Shown: positions 9,823 through 18,490, counted from the first letter of the stretch. The stretch: DNA of 34,029 bases from Candidatus Sigynarchaeum calidifontis (GCA_030587475.2 JAUQYZ020000191.1:1-34029), one strand, 5' to 3'. Numbers and translations are program-made. Notes: generated by a model from the sequence alone, not told the origin.

Positions 9823-10962
9823 TCAAAAACCTATTTTTTCGTATTGTGTCTTGCAAGGCTGGTTGTCGGTCGCCCAGAGCTCGCGTTCCTTGTGCTTGAT
9901 GATGATCGACGCGAGGGTTACGCCCGTGAGGCCGTGCGTGCAAACCGTGAAGTCGTCGGGCTCCCGCCCCGCGTGGTCGGAGAGGATGGACTTGATCGTG
10001 TCGAAGGTGACCTTTCCCTTCGCTTGCTCGATGAGCTCGGAAGCCCGGGCGACCCGCTCCTTCGGCGATTTCGTGTACGGCACCTGGAGGCCCTTGAACT
10101 TCCACATGACATCGTCGGGCACGTTGGCGTCCGTGATCACGTGGTACATGTTGGAGTGGGCCATCACGCCGCCCTCGGGCACCTTGCGGATGGCGTGGCG
10201 GGTGGCGGTCGTCTCGAGCACGCACGCATCGCCCGACTCGTCGACGAGCCCGAAGTGCGCCCCGTTGGCACGGGGGAACTTGGTGATGAGATCCACGGCC
10301 TCCTGCACGGTCTTGCACGTTTCGAGTACCTCTTGCACGATCAGCATGTTGGGCACTCCCCGGGGGGAGTAATCGAGCGGGTTGGTCTTCCACGAACGTC
10401 CATAATTATATCCGACGGACAGTCCCTTTTCATTCAGCCCGATATGGGAACCGGCCATCGGATACTGCGAAAGGTTGATGTTCTTGTACCCGTCGGTCGC
10501 CTTCTCGATCCGCGCCATTTGCAATGGCTGCAATATCTTCGGGAAGTCGTAATTCCGCCCGTAGATCGTGGATCCGTCGGCTGTCGATTTACCCATGGCG
10601 AACACCATCGTGCAAGCCTGGACGAGCGGCTTGGAATAGGAGGTCTTGGGATTGCCGGACATGATCTCGATATAGTGCATACCGTACACGAGATTCATCT
10701 TTTCTCCAGCACCCTCCGCGATCCCACGCATCTTCTCGTGTTGACGAGGCACATATTTTTCAATATATTTTTTCGTGCGATTTTTCCCCATCATCGAGAG
10801 GCCCCAGAGCGCGACTGGCACGGGCACGAGCTTCGGCTTCATTTCCTTGAAGATCTCTGAGTAAAAAACATCTTGTTTCGCAGCCGCGAATCGGTTTCGG
10901 AGTTGTTGGCCTTGGGAAATGCCACGCTCGTAGGCAGAGCCCTCTAAAGTTATGGTTAGCAT
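9823..10962 (-). CDS. Peptidase C45 / AAT-like Ntn-hydrolase (autoproteolytic, Cys nucleophile)
   Basis: N-terminal GSAYERG..QG; EKMRGIAEGAG; internal A-CTMVFA.G.STADGSTIYGRNYDF cleavage/nucleophile motif; GLNEKGL; HSNMY. Confidence 0.85.
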   Translation of the reverse strand: MLTITLEGSAYERGISQGQQLRNRFAAAKQDVFYSEIFKEMKPKLVPVPVALWGLSMMGKNRTKKYIEKYVPRQHEKMRGIAEGAGEKMNLVYGMHYIEIMSGNPKTSYSKPLVQACTMVFAMGKSTADGSTIYGRNYDFPKILQPLQMARIEKATDGYKNINLSQYPMAGSHIGLNEKGLSVGYNYGRSWKTNPLDYSPRGVPNMLIVQEVLETCKTVQEAVDLITKFPRANGAHFGLVDESGDACVLETTATRHAIRKVPEGGVMAHSNMYHVITDANVPDDVMWKFKGLQVPYTKSPKERVARASELIEQAKGKVTFDTIKSILSDHAGREPDDFTVCTHGLTGVTLASIIIKHKERELWATDNQPCKTQYEKIGF

Positions 10963-11045
10963 GGAAATCTAGCTCGATATCGGACGCGAATGTTAAAAAC
11001 ATGATGGGACGTGCAGGGAAGGGGGAACGAATGCATCGGTTTGCC

Positions 11046-11378
11046 TCATTTCTGCGGCAGAGGCGGTCGAAGCCGGCGGCATCTCCGGCGATCGAGCAGC
11101 AGGCTAGTGAGAATTGCGACCGCGGCGATGATCCCGACGCCCGTGCCGTCGATGCTATATCCCACGAATTCCCAGTAGTATCCGACAGTCGTGCGGAATG
11201 CCGTGTTCCCCGGCACGTCGATGACCACGGGTTCGTCGAGACCATTCACGGATGCATTCAGAACATCCAAAAAATCCGGTCGATAAAGGCACTTTTCGAT
11301 CTTTCCATGGTCATCCGCTCTTGTTCCGTCGCCCGAGCTTAAAATCGATCGATATCGAGATATCCCGTATCGTGGCAA
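11046..11378 (-). CDS. Small hypothetical protein with C-terminal TM and basic tail (possibly a gene remnant)
   Basis: Best-looking ORF in a ~450-bp gap; ends SIDGTGVGIIAAVAILTSLLLDRRRCRR; N-terminal part is not recognisable. Confidence 0.3.
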   Translation of the reverse strand: MPRYGISRYRSILSSGDGTRADDHGKIEKCLYRPDFLDVLNASVNGLDEPVVIDVPGNTAFRTTVGYYWEFVGYSIDGTGVGIIAAVAILTSLLLDRRRCRRLRPPLPQK

Positions 11379-11420
11379 TGGCTTTAACTATCCACGCGAG
11401 AACCTCGTTCTCGATGCAAC

Positions 11421-13829
11421 ATGGCGCACTTTGCTTTTGAAAACAATCATTTCGTACTCGAACAAGACTCTGGCAAGGTCTCGATTTGGCAGAAACGGGG
11501 TGGCCGCGTGCTGCCATTCATCAAGAACGCCACGTGGGGTTACAAGGAAGCTGGTGGGCGTGTCACGCGCTCCGATGACATACACTACAAGCAAGCTCCC
11601 GTTATCAAGATTCACGATGACATTGTTGGCAAGGGCCGGCTCGTGGAGATCGCTTGCACCGGCAACCCATCAGCCCTCGACATACTTCTCAAGGTGATGT
11701 TTTTCGATGCCGAGCCCGCTTTTCTAGTCGAGCTGGTTCTCGTTAACAGCGCCAAGGAGGAGGCGAGGGTCGTCGAGGTCTATCCTGTCTTCACATCGGT
11801 AAAAGAGGATAGCGGGCTATTCTTCATGAAAGAACCCAGACGCACCCGCTTGCTCGAGGCTGGTCTCGGCGGCGCGCTCGACTTGAACTTGCGCTGCGTG
11901 TTTGGCGACGAGGAATCCGACTCGAACGGCAACGTCTTGATCCACGACCTGGACAGCAAGGAAAGTTTCTTGTGTGGCGTGGCCGAGCGGCCATCGTCGA
12001 TGGTGTGCATTTCCGCGAACGAGGACGAGTCCACGGGCATAGTCGACGTGGCTTCCGGTCGCCGGAGTTTCGGGGATTGGAAAATTCGGAAGTTCGTCGT
12101 CCCGTTCAAGCGGGTCCACCCGGGCGGGGTATACACGTCGAACCGCGTGTACTTCGACCTGGATTTTGCCAAGTCGCCGCACGAGATGCTGGAAACCTAC
12201 GCAACCCGGCTAGCAACGTGGCTCGGCATCGTGGACTGCGGCTGGCCCCGCGATCGTGCAATCCCCCACGGATGGAACAGTTGGGGCAATCCGACCAAGA
12301 CCGACCCGAAAGACGAGCATGGCCACAACGCCGTTGTATACGTTCACGAGATCACGGAGAAACGCGTTCTGGAGAATTTTGAACTTGCTTACAAGAAGCT
12401 CGCCAAGTACGGGCTCGAGTACTTTCAGATCGACGACGGCCACCAAGTCGATGTCGGCGACTGGGTTGCCGACCCGGAAAAGTTCCCGAATGGTCTCAAG
12501 CCCGTGTTCGACGCAATACACGAGCGCGGCATCAAGACAGGCATGTGGATCCGCCCCTTCGAGGTTTCGACGACATCCGAGCTTTACAAGAAGCACCCGG
12601 ACTGGGCACTCCAGTTCGATGATTCGTTCCCCATGAAGAGCAAGTCCACGCTCCCGCTCGATCTATCCCGGGCGGACGTGCGGCAATGGCTGCACGACAC
12701 CTTCACGATGATCGCCCGTTATTACGGCGTGGAATGGGTGAAGACCGATTTCACGTACAACGCGATCGGCGCGAAAGGGCATCAGAACCCTGATATGACT
12801 AGCATCGAGGCGTTTCAAGACGGTTTCAAGGTCATCCGCGACGCGATCGTCCCCGCAATCTTCCTGGTCGGCATCGGCGGGCCGTGTATGCTTCACTATG
12901 GCCTCGTGAACGCCGAGCGGATCACGCTGGACATGAACGCGGCATGGGGCAAGGACGGCCCGCTCATGCCCGTGGAGCAAGGTATCAAGCCGAACGCCCG
13001 CGTGATCTCGCGGCGCTATTACTTGCACAACCGGGTCTGGTTCACGCACGCGTGCGCGATACAGTTCCGAGCCCCCCTCAAGCCGAATGAAGTACTCGTT
13101 CAAGCGACGATCATTGCGCTCTCCGGTTCAGTGTTCAAGGTTGCCGAGACCTGGCTCAACATGAAGGACGCGGACTTCGACGTGCTTTCGAAAATGCTGC
13201 CGATCTACCGCCCGCCCGGGCGGGGCATGCGCCCCGTGGACATCATGACACGGGAATACCCGGAAATCTGGGACTTGCTCGTCGACGACTGCGGCAACGG
13301 GCTCGGCGCGTACCACGTGGTCGGCTTGTTCAACTTCGGCGAGAATCGTGATCTCGACGTCCCGCTGCCAGAGGCAGCGCGTGACGTGCAGGTCGAGTTC
13401 AAGGACATCGGGCTCGACCCTAAGAAAAAATACCTGGCGTTCGAGTTCTGGACGAGCACGTTCAAGGGGTCTTTCACGTCATCCTTCAGCATTCGGCTCG
13501 ACCCGCGCCACGTGGCGCTCATGGTGTTCCGCGAGCGCAAGGCTGTGCCCCAGTTCTTGTCCTCAAACCGCCACGCCACGCAAGGCTGGGCCGACGTGTT
13601 AGCATGCTCGTGGGATGATGGCAAGAACATGTTGTCGTTGAAATTGAAAGGCATCCCGGATCACGAGCACTCGCTCGACTTTCACGTGCCCGGGCCCTAC
13701 AAGCTCGCCTCGGCGCTCGTGAACGGCAAGGAAACCGTGGCGGTGATGAAGGCTTCAGAGCACTTGAACGTCACGATCAAGAACATTGACATGGCCGTGC
13801 TCGATCTTCGCATCAGTTTCACGCGATGA
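11421..13829 (+). CDS. Alpha-galactosidase-like glycoside hydrolase (GH36 / clan GH-D)
   Basis: PHGWNSW, YFQIDDGHQ..VGDW..D..KFPNGLK, G.KTGMWIRPF, LDLSR.DVRQWL, WVKTDF (nucleophile Asp), C-terminal VGLFNF beta domain. Confidence 0.88.
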   Translation: MAHFAFENNHFVLEQDSGKVSIWQKRGGRVLPFIKNATWGYKEAGGRVTRSDDIHYKQAPVIKIHDDIVGKGRLVEIACTGNPSALDILLKVMFFDAEPAFLVELVLVNSAKEEARVVEVYPVFTSVKEDSGLFFMKEPRRTRLLEAGLGGALDLNLRCVFGDEESDSNGNVLIHDLDSKESFLCGVAERPSSMVCISANEDESTGIVDVASGRRSFGDWKIRKFVVPFKRVHPGGVYTSNRVYFDLDFAKSPHEMLETYATRLATWLGIVDCGWPRDRAIPHGWNSWGNPTKTDPKDEHGHNAVVYVHEITEKRVLENFELAYKKLAKYGLEYFQIDDGHQVDVGDWVADPEKFPNGLKPVFDAIHERGIKTGMWIRPFEVSTTSELYKKHPDWALQFDDSFPMKSKSTLPLDLSRADVRQWLHDTFTMIARYYGVEWVKTDFTYNAIGAKGHQNPDMTSIEAFQDGFKVIRDAIVPAIFLVGIGGPCMLHYGLVNAERITLDMNAAWGKDGPLMPVEQGIKPNARVISRRYYLHNRVWFTHACAIQFRAPLKPNEVLVQATIIALSGSVFKVAETWLNMKDADFDVLSKMLPIYRPPGRGMRPVDIMTREYPEIWDLLVDDCGNGLGAYHVVGLFNFGENRDLDVPLPEAARDVQVEFKDIGLDPKKKYLAFEFWTSTFKGSFTSSFSIRLDPRHVALMVFRERKAVPQFLSSNRHATQGWADVLACSWDDGKNMLSLKLKGIPDHEHSLDFHVPGPYKLASALVNGKETVAVMKASEHLNVTIKNIDMAVLDLRISFTR

Positions 13830-13835
13830 GGCGCG

Positions 13836-14564
13836 TCATGGCGCGTTTTCCTTTTTAATTGGGTGGTTATGCCACAAGCACCATGCCATCACGGGCATGC
13901 ACGCGTTCCAGCCATATACCATGATCTTCTGCGTGGTGGCTTGCACGGTCACGGTCACGACGTCGATCCCCGCTCCGCTGGCTATCGTGATCCCGATGCC
14001 AACAAGGATCGTGATGGCGAAGGCGAGGAACGTCAAACTACATGGCCGGGGGAATCTCGCGTCGCCGCGCATGAGCCACCAGTAAATGATGATGGCGGGA
14101 GCGAGGGCGACGAACGAGAATTGCGCGAAGCGCAAGTGTAGCTGTTGAAACAGGTCTTGCGGGAAAGCAGCCGCGAGCGCGAGGAGCACGCCCGTGGCGA
14201 TGCCGAGCGATGCTGCGATGCGAGCGTAGCGATTGACCTTGGTATTGCTCGAAAAAAGGCTGCTAAGCGAGATGTAATAGGGAATAAAGGTCACCGCGAG
14301 GATGTTCATGGCCGTGACGAAGAGCGCGCAAGAGGCCGTGTTTTGCGCGCCGTTGTGGGCAACCGTGCGGCCCATGTCGCTGATCATGTTGTTCCAGAAC
14401 AAGTAACCGGCCGTCGATGGATCGTACTTGGTCCCGCCTGGATAGAGGGCCATCGCGAGGGTCGAGAGCGCCAGGTACTGGATCCCGCCAAGGATAAGAA
14501 TATGCGGCGCGCGGGCGAGAAGCAAATCCCGGCCTTTCTTCAACATGTCCTTGATGTTCACCAT
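13836..14564 (-). CDS. Multi-pass membrane protein, DUF998-like
   Basis: AMALYPGG....GY.FWNNMISDMG motif and 5-6 TM segments. Start moved to ATG 14564; the ORF track start 14705 lies in AT-rich intergenic-looking DNA. Confidence 0.7.
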   Translation of the reverse strand: MVNIKDMLKKGRDLLLARAPHILILGGIQYLALSTLAMALYPGGTKYDPSTAGYLFWNNMISDMGRTVAHNGAQNTASCALFVTAMNILAVTFIPYYISLSSLFSSNTKVNRYARIAASLGIATGVLLALAAAFPQDLFQQLHLRFAQFSFVALAPAIIIYWWLMRGDARFPRPCSLTFLAFAITILVGIGITIASGAGIDVVTVTVQATTQKIMVYGWNACMPVMAWCLWHNHPIKKENAP

Positions 14565-14806
14565 TCCCTCAAAAATAATGCGGTTCGTCGGCGTTCGGCT
14601 CTCGTGCATTGGATAAAACTTATCCGCTCTATGATTATAAAAAAGCTTGGTCACTGCCACATAATTTGGGAATTTCGTGGGTGGTTTATGGGAAACGTAT
14701 CCCAAGATTTATTAGAAGCAAGGAGTGACGTTATTACATACTAAGCTAATCGTCGAGGGAGGATCCCGGCGATCGCGGCTCTCGTTCGATAAAAAGGTCA
14801 TTCGTG

Positions 14807-15376
14807 ATGGTGGCTAGTTCAGACTTCTCGTGGAAAATTGTTACAGGCGGTGCAGGGGGCGTGGGAAAAACCACGTTCTTGTTCCGCTATTTGACGAATC
14901 AATTCGTCGCGAATACTGCATTGACCGTGGGTGTTCAATTACATTCACATGTCGTAGAGCGAAATGGTAAAAAGATCGCGATGATCATCTGGGATCTCGG
15001 CGGCCAGGATCGATTCCGGTTCTTACAAGATAGTTATGTCCGCGGCGCTGCGGCGGGCATGATCTGCTTCGACATCAGCAACATAGGCACCATGCTACAG
15101 ATCAAGGATTGGGTGGGCATGTACCGCAAATCCGGTTCCCCGACCATGCCTATCTTGCTCGTGGGGATGAAGCTGGACATCGCCAGCGAAGAGGAGCAGA
15201 AGCAGGCCGAAAAGGAGGCCTTGGCTCTCGTGAAAGAGCTCGACCTGACCGGATACATCGTCACCTCGTCGAAATGGGGCAAGAACGTCGAGGAGGCCAT
15301 CAATAGCCTCATCGACACGCTGCTCTTTCAAAAGCTGGGTGGGAACGCGCAAAGCACCACGAGTGCCATCGATTGA
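14807..15376 (+). CDS. Rab-like small GTPase (Ras superfamily)
   Basis: G1 GAGGVGKT, G2 TVGV, G3 WDLGGQ, Rab-like DRFRFLQDSYVRGA, G4 variant GMKLD, G5 TSSK..KNVEEA; no C-terminal Cys. Confidence 0.93.
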   Translation: MVASSDFSWKIVTGGAGGVGKTTFLFRYLTNQFVANTALTVGVQLHSHVVERNGKKIAMIIWDLGGQDRFRFLQDSYVRGAAAGMICFDISNIGTMLQIKDWVGMYRKSGSPTMPILLVGMKLDIASEEEQKQAEKEALALVKELDLTGYIVTSSKWGKNVEEAINSLIDTLLFQKLGGNAQSTTSAID

Positions 15377-15403
15377 TAAACCTCGTGATGGGGGGTTTAC
15401 TCC

Positions 15404-16552
15404 ATGATTTCTCAATATGCCCCGATCATCGAAGTGCAATTTCTAGCTTACACGATCCCCGTCATCCTCGGCTTTGAGCTTGGTGTATATTTTTTCTACC
15501 AGTACCGGAAGAGTCGGTTCACCAAATTACCTCTCAATCGCATCTTGCTCTCGTACGGCTGGTTCACGCTATTCGTAGTCAATGGAGCTTTTTTCCAGGT
15601 GGTTAACCGTCTCTTTTTTAACGCAACTAACGAGCTTTTTGCACAGATCGGTTTCACCGCGATATTCCTCGCACCCATCGGCTTCATGGCGTTCATCCTC
15701 ATCAAGGAATCGCGCAAGCTCATCAACCTCACGCTCGCATGGGTCATCACGATCGCCAGCTTCACGCCCCTTTTATTCTTGTTTTTGTTCGGGAGTAAAA
15801 ACCGCATCTTTATGGCCAGCATTAGCATTACCGCGCTGAACGCCATCTCGGTGATAACATACCAAGTTCGAATGATCAAGGCATCGATGGGAGACATACA
15901 CAGGCGACTCGTCCAGCTCTTCACGGGCGAGATCATCGCGCTGCTCGCGCTGGGTTTCGCGTTCATCGTCGTCTTCGCGTCGAACATTGGCGCCCCAACG
16001 GAGCCGTTTTTCTTCACAGGCGTTGCGTTCCTCATCACTGGCTTGCTGACCATGTTCTACGCGTCGAACGACTTTCCTCCGTTCTACGAGTTTGACTGGA
16101 AAAGCCATTTGCTCAAGCTTTTCATCATAGATCAAGCGAACAACCAGTTCTTGTACGCCCGGGACTTTTCACAAAAAGCAGGACCAGCCGCGGCATCGAG
16201 CGACGGCGAGCGGGACCAGCTGCGCGATTCTCTTTTCAAGGGCGCTATTTCGGGCATCGAAGCCATGCTCGAGACGATATCTGTGTCTAGCATGCAACGG
16301 CTAACCGAGATCGACCAAGGGGGGTCAATCATCTTGCTCGATTATTCCAGCCCGGAGCTTCCCCCGATCACGTATGCCCTCGTCGTGACGAAGGACTTGA
16401 GCAGCTTGCGGCACTTTGAAAAGGCGATCAAGGCACAATTCGAGGCATTCTTCCCGGGCGTGTTGAAGAATCTCGATAGCGTCGTCAAGGCCGGGAAGCC
16501 CGAGCGGGCGTTCCAGAGCTTCGACATCATTCTGAACAACATGCTCGGTTGA
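15404..16552 (+). CDS. 7-TM membrane protein with C-terminal longin-like domain (paralog A)
   Basis: Seven hydrophobic segments in the first ~220 aa, then FPPFYEFDWKSHLLKLFIIDQANNQFLYARDF..DSLFKGAISGIEAMLETIS..LTEIDQGGSIILLDY..ITYALVVTKD..LRHFEKAIKAQFEAFF. Confidence 0.8.
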   Translation: MISQYAPIIEVQFLAYTIPVILGFELGVYFFYQYRKSRFTKLPLNRILLSYGWFTLFVVNGAFFQVVNRLFFNATNELFAQIGFTAIFLAPIGFMAFILIKESRKLINLTLAWVITIASFTPLLFLFLFGSKNRIFMASISITALNAISVITYQVRMIKASMGDIHRRLVQLFTGEIIALLALGFAFIVVFASNIGAPTEPFFFTGVAFLITGLLTMFYASNDFPPFYEFDWKSHLLKLFIIDQANNQFLYARDFSQKAGPAAASSDGERDQLRDSLFKGAISGIEAMLETISVSSMQRLTEIDQGGSIILLDYSSPELPPITYALVVTKDLSSLRHFEKAIKAQFEAFFPGVLKNLDSVVKAGKPERAFQSFDIILNNMLG

Positions 16553-16566
16553 GGTGCACGATCAAG

Positions 16567-17685
16567 ATGCTTTTCTACGCGTTCCCCTTGAGCGGGCCGC
16601 TCCGGTTTCCCGCCATGGTTCTCGAGTGGATCCTGGCATTCATTTGCTTCGAGCTCGGCGTCGTTTTTCTGGTAAAATACCGGCGGCAGCAAGTATCGAA
16701 GAAATACAAGCAAGAGCTAGGCCATGCGAGTCTTTTTTTCGGGTTCTCGGCCTTGTGGTTTAATTTCATCCTGGGTGACTACTTCCTGGACGACAATCTC
16801 ACCACGCCCTTCCTGATCTGGCAGCGCGGCACCCCGCGCGATCTCGCGACGTCGGTGGGGTATTTCTCGCTCATCATCGGCACTCTCCTTTTCATCATCT
16901 TCATCGAGCAGCACCAGGCCGTGATATTCCGGCGCTTCACCTTCACCCTCGTTTTCAGCGGGCTGATCTTGCTGTACCTGTTCGTGTTCTTCCAGGACAT
17001 CGAGGGCACCTCGTACATGAATCTCGCCCTCGTGGTAGCGTTTGCGGTGTTTTTCCTGACCTTCCTTGTTGATACCTCGAAACGCATGAAGACGCGCCGG
17101 GAAGTCGCGTGGACGCTATCCCGGTTCCTTGCCTCGTTCACGTCCCTCGGCGCGGGCTACGTGCTCACCATCGATGCGGCGCTCGACGTGACCGGCATCG
17201 CTGGGCGCATCGTTGGAGGGGCATTGCAGCTCGCCGGATTTATCGGCGTCACGATAATGTTTCTTCGCCTTCCCCCGTTCAGCATGCTCGATTGGCACAA
17301 GCAGATCGAGGCTCTCTACGTGATCGACAAGTCCGGCGTGTGCTTGTTCCAGAAATCATTCCTGGAAAAAACGAAGGCAGTCGACGATAACCTCGTGTCG
17401 AGCGCGATCTCGTCGGTGAACATGATCGTGAAGGAGATGACAGCCGCGGACGAACGAGGCATGTCGACGATCAAGCGGGGCGACAAGACCATCACCACGT
17501 TTTCCAGCGAGCTCGTGAACGGCGTCATCATCAGCAAGGAAGAAAACTACTTGATCAGCGAGAACTTGAAGAACTTCATCCAGACATTCGAGGCCATCTA
17601 TCGGGGCGTAATTACCACGTGGAACGGCGATAACAAGGTATTCGAACCCGCCGCGGCCATGGCCGACAAGATCTTCTCGCCCTAG
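16567..17685 (+). CDS. 7-TM membrane protein with C-terminal longin-like domain (paralog B)
   Basis: ATG 16567 preceded by SD-like GAGGTG overlapping the upstream stop. Seven hydrophobic segments, then LPPFSMLDWHKQIEALYVIDKSGVCLFQKSF..DDNLVSSAISSVNMIVKEMT..MSTIKRGDKTITTFSSELVNGVIISKE..ISENLKNFIQTFEAIY..WNGD. Confidence 0.82.
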   Translation: MLFYAFPLSGPLRFPAMVLEWILAFICFELGVVFLVKYRRQQVSKKYKQELGHASLFFGFSALWFNFILGDYFLDDNLTTPFLIWQRGTPRDLATSVGYFSLIIGTLLFIIFIEQHQAVIFRRFTFTLVFSGLILLYLFVFFQDIEGTSYMNLALVVAFAVFFLTFLVDTSKRMKTRREVAWTLSRFLASFTSLGAGYVLTIDAALDVTGIAGRIVGGALQLAGFIGVTIMFLRLPPFSMLDWHKQIEALYVIDKSGVCLFQKSFLEKTKAVDDNLVSSAISSVNMIVKEMTAADERGMSTIKRGDKTITTFSSELVNGVIISKEENYLISENLKNFIQTFEAIYRGVITTWNGDNKVFEPAAAMADKIFSP

Positions 17686-17753
17686 TCTTGCGAAGACATT
17701 CGATGCACCGGCTCGTGCGGCGAATATGGAAATTAATTGATTGAAAAAAAAGG

Positions 17754-18440
17754 TCATTTCAACGCTTTTTCGGCCATCGTCTTGGCTGCCCGCTCCGCCC
17801 GTTCTTTTAACATTTGCTTGAAACGCGTGTAATCCCTGGCGGCCATTTCCTCGTCCATGATCTTCAATTTTTCTGCAAGATCGTCTCGTTCCGCCCTCAC
17901 GGACGTGATCTCGTTCGATAATTTTTCCAGGTCGTGTTCCAAGGCCTTGATTCGATTCTTCATTCCCGCCTCGGAATCCTGGAGCATTTTCTTATCGCCT
18001 TCGAGCGCGGCGATGGTTTTTTCGAGTGCATTCTTTTCGTCCATCAATTGCTTGAACTGGCCATCCTTTTCCTTGATCGTCGTGTCGAGGGAAACCTTCA
18101 AGCCCTCGTTCTTGCCCACAAGGGTCGATATCGTGTTTTTCTGCTCGTTGATCGTTTTCTCGAGGTCCTGGATCTTGGCCTCGTCTTTCTTGATCGTCTC
18201 GTTCGCAGCCTTCAAGTTGCCCTCGAGATCGCTCTTTACCTTGATGAGCTTGGTGATCTCGTCCTTAAGGGAGGCGGCCTCCTTTTCCAAATTAACAATT
18301 TTCGCCCGGAAATCGATCAAGATCTTGCCTTGAACCTTGAAGTCCTTATCAGGCTTCATCTCGACTTTATCCCATTCGATGCTCACGTTTTTCACCTTGT
18401 TTGTACTCGGGTCGCTTCCATGTTGTCCAGCGACATCCAT
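17754..18440 (-). CDS. Long coiled-coil protein of unknown function
   Basis: About 170 aa of continuous E/K-rich heptads lacking Pro after a ~45-aa N-terminal head. Confidence 0.8.
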   Translation of the reverse strand: MDVAGQHGSDPSTNKVKNVSIEWDKVEMKPDKDFKVQGKILIDFRAKIVNLEKEAASLKDEITKLIKVKSDLEGNLKAANETIKKDEAKIQDLEKTINEQKNTISTLVGKNEGLKVSLDTTIKEKDGQFKQLMDEKNALEKTIAALEGDKKMLQDSEAGMKNRIKALEHDLEKLSNEITSVRAERDDLAEKLKIMDEEMAARDYTRFKQMLKERAERAAKTMAEKALK

Positions 18441-18468
18441 CGCGTTGGATGTTAGTTCACCTTGGCCT

Positions 18469-18485
18469 TATTTAAGCTGTTTTTT
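18469..18485 (-). promoter_or_regulatory. Candidate archaeal BRE/TATA promoter for the coiled-coil gene
   Basis: Minus strand reads AAAAAACAG-CTTAAATA about 30 nt upstream of ATG 18440. Confidence 0.4.
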
Positions 18486-18490
18486 GCGCA

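Noticed and set aside
9772-10860. Long antisense ORFs (e.g. 9772-10860 +, 8868-9680 -, 19982-20806 -, 28786-29661 +)
   Set aside because: They lie opposite well-supported genes and lack family motifs; expected in GC-rich coding DNA
15404-17685. 7TM proteins as microbial, schizo- or heliorhodopsins, or as true GPCR orthologs
   Set aside because: No retinal-binding Lys in TM7 and no recognisable GPCR class motifs; only the topology is shared
17754-18440. Coiled-coil protein as SMC, ESCRT-III or SNARE
   Set aside because: No Walker motifs or hinge, no recognisable Snf7 pattern, no C-terminal TM; heptads alone are not diagnostic
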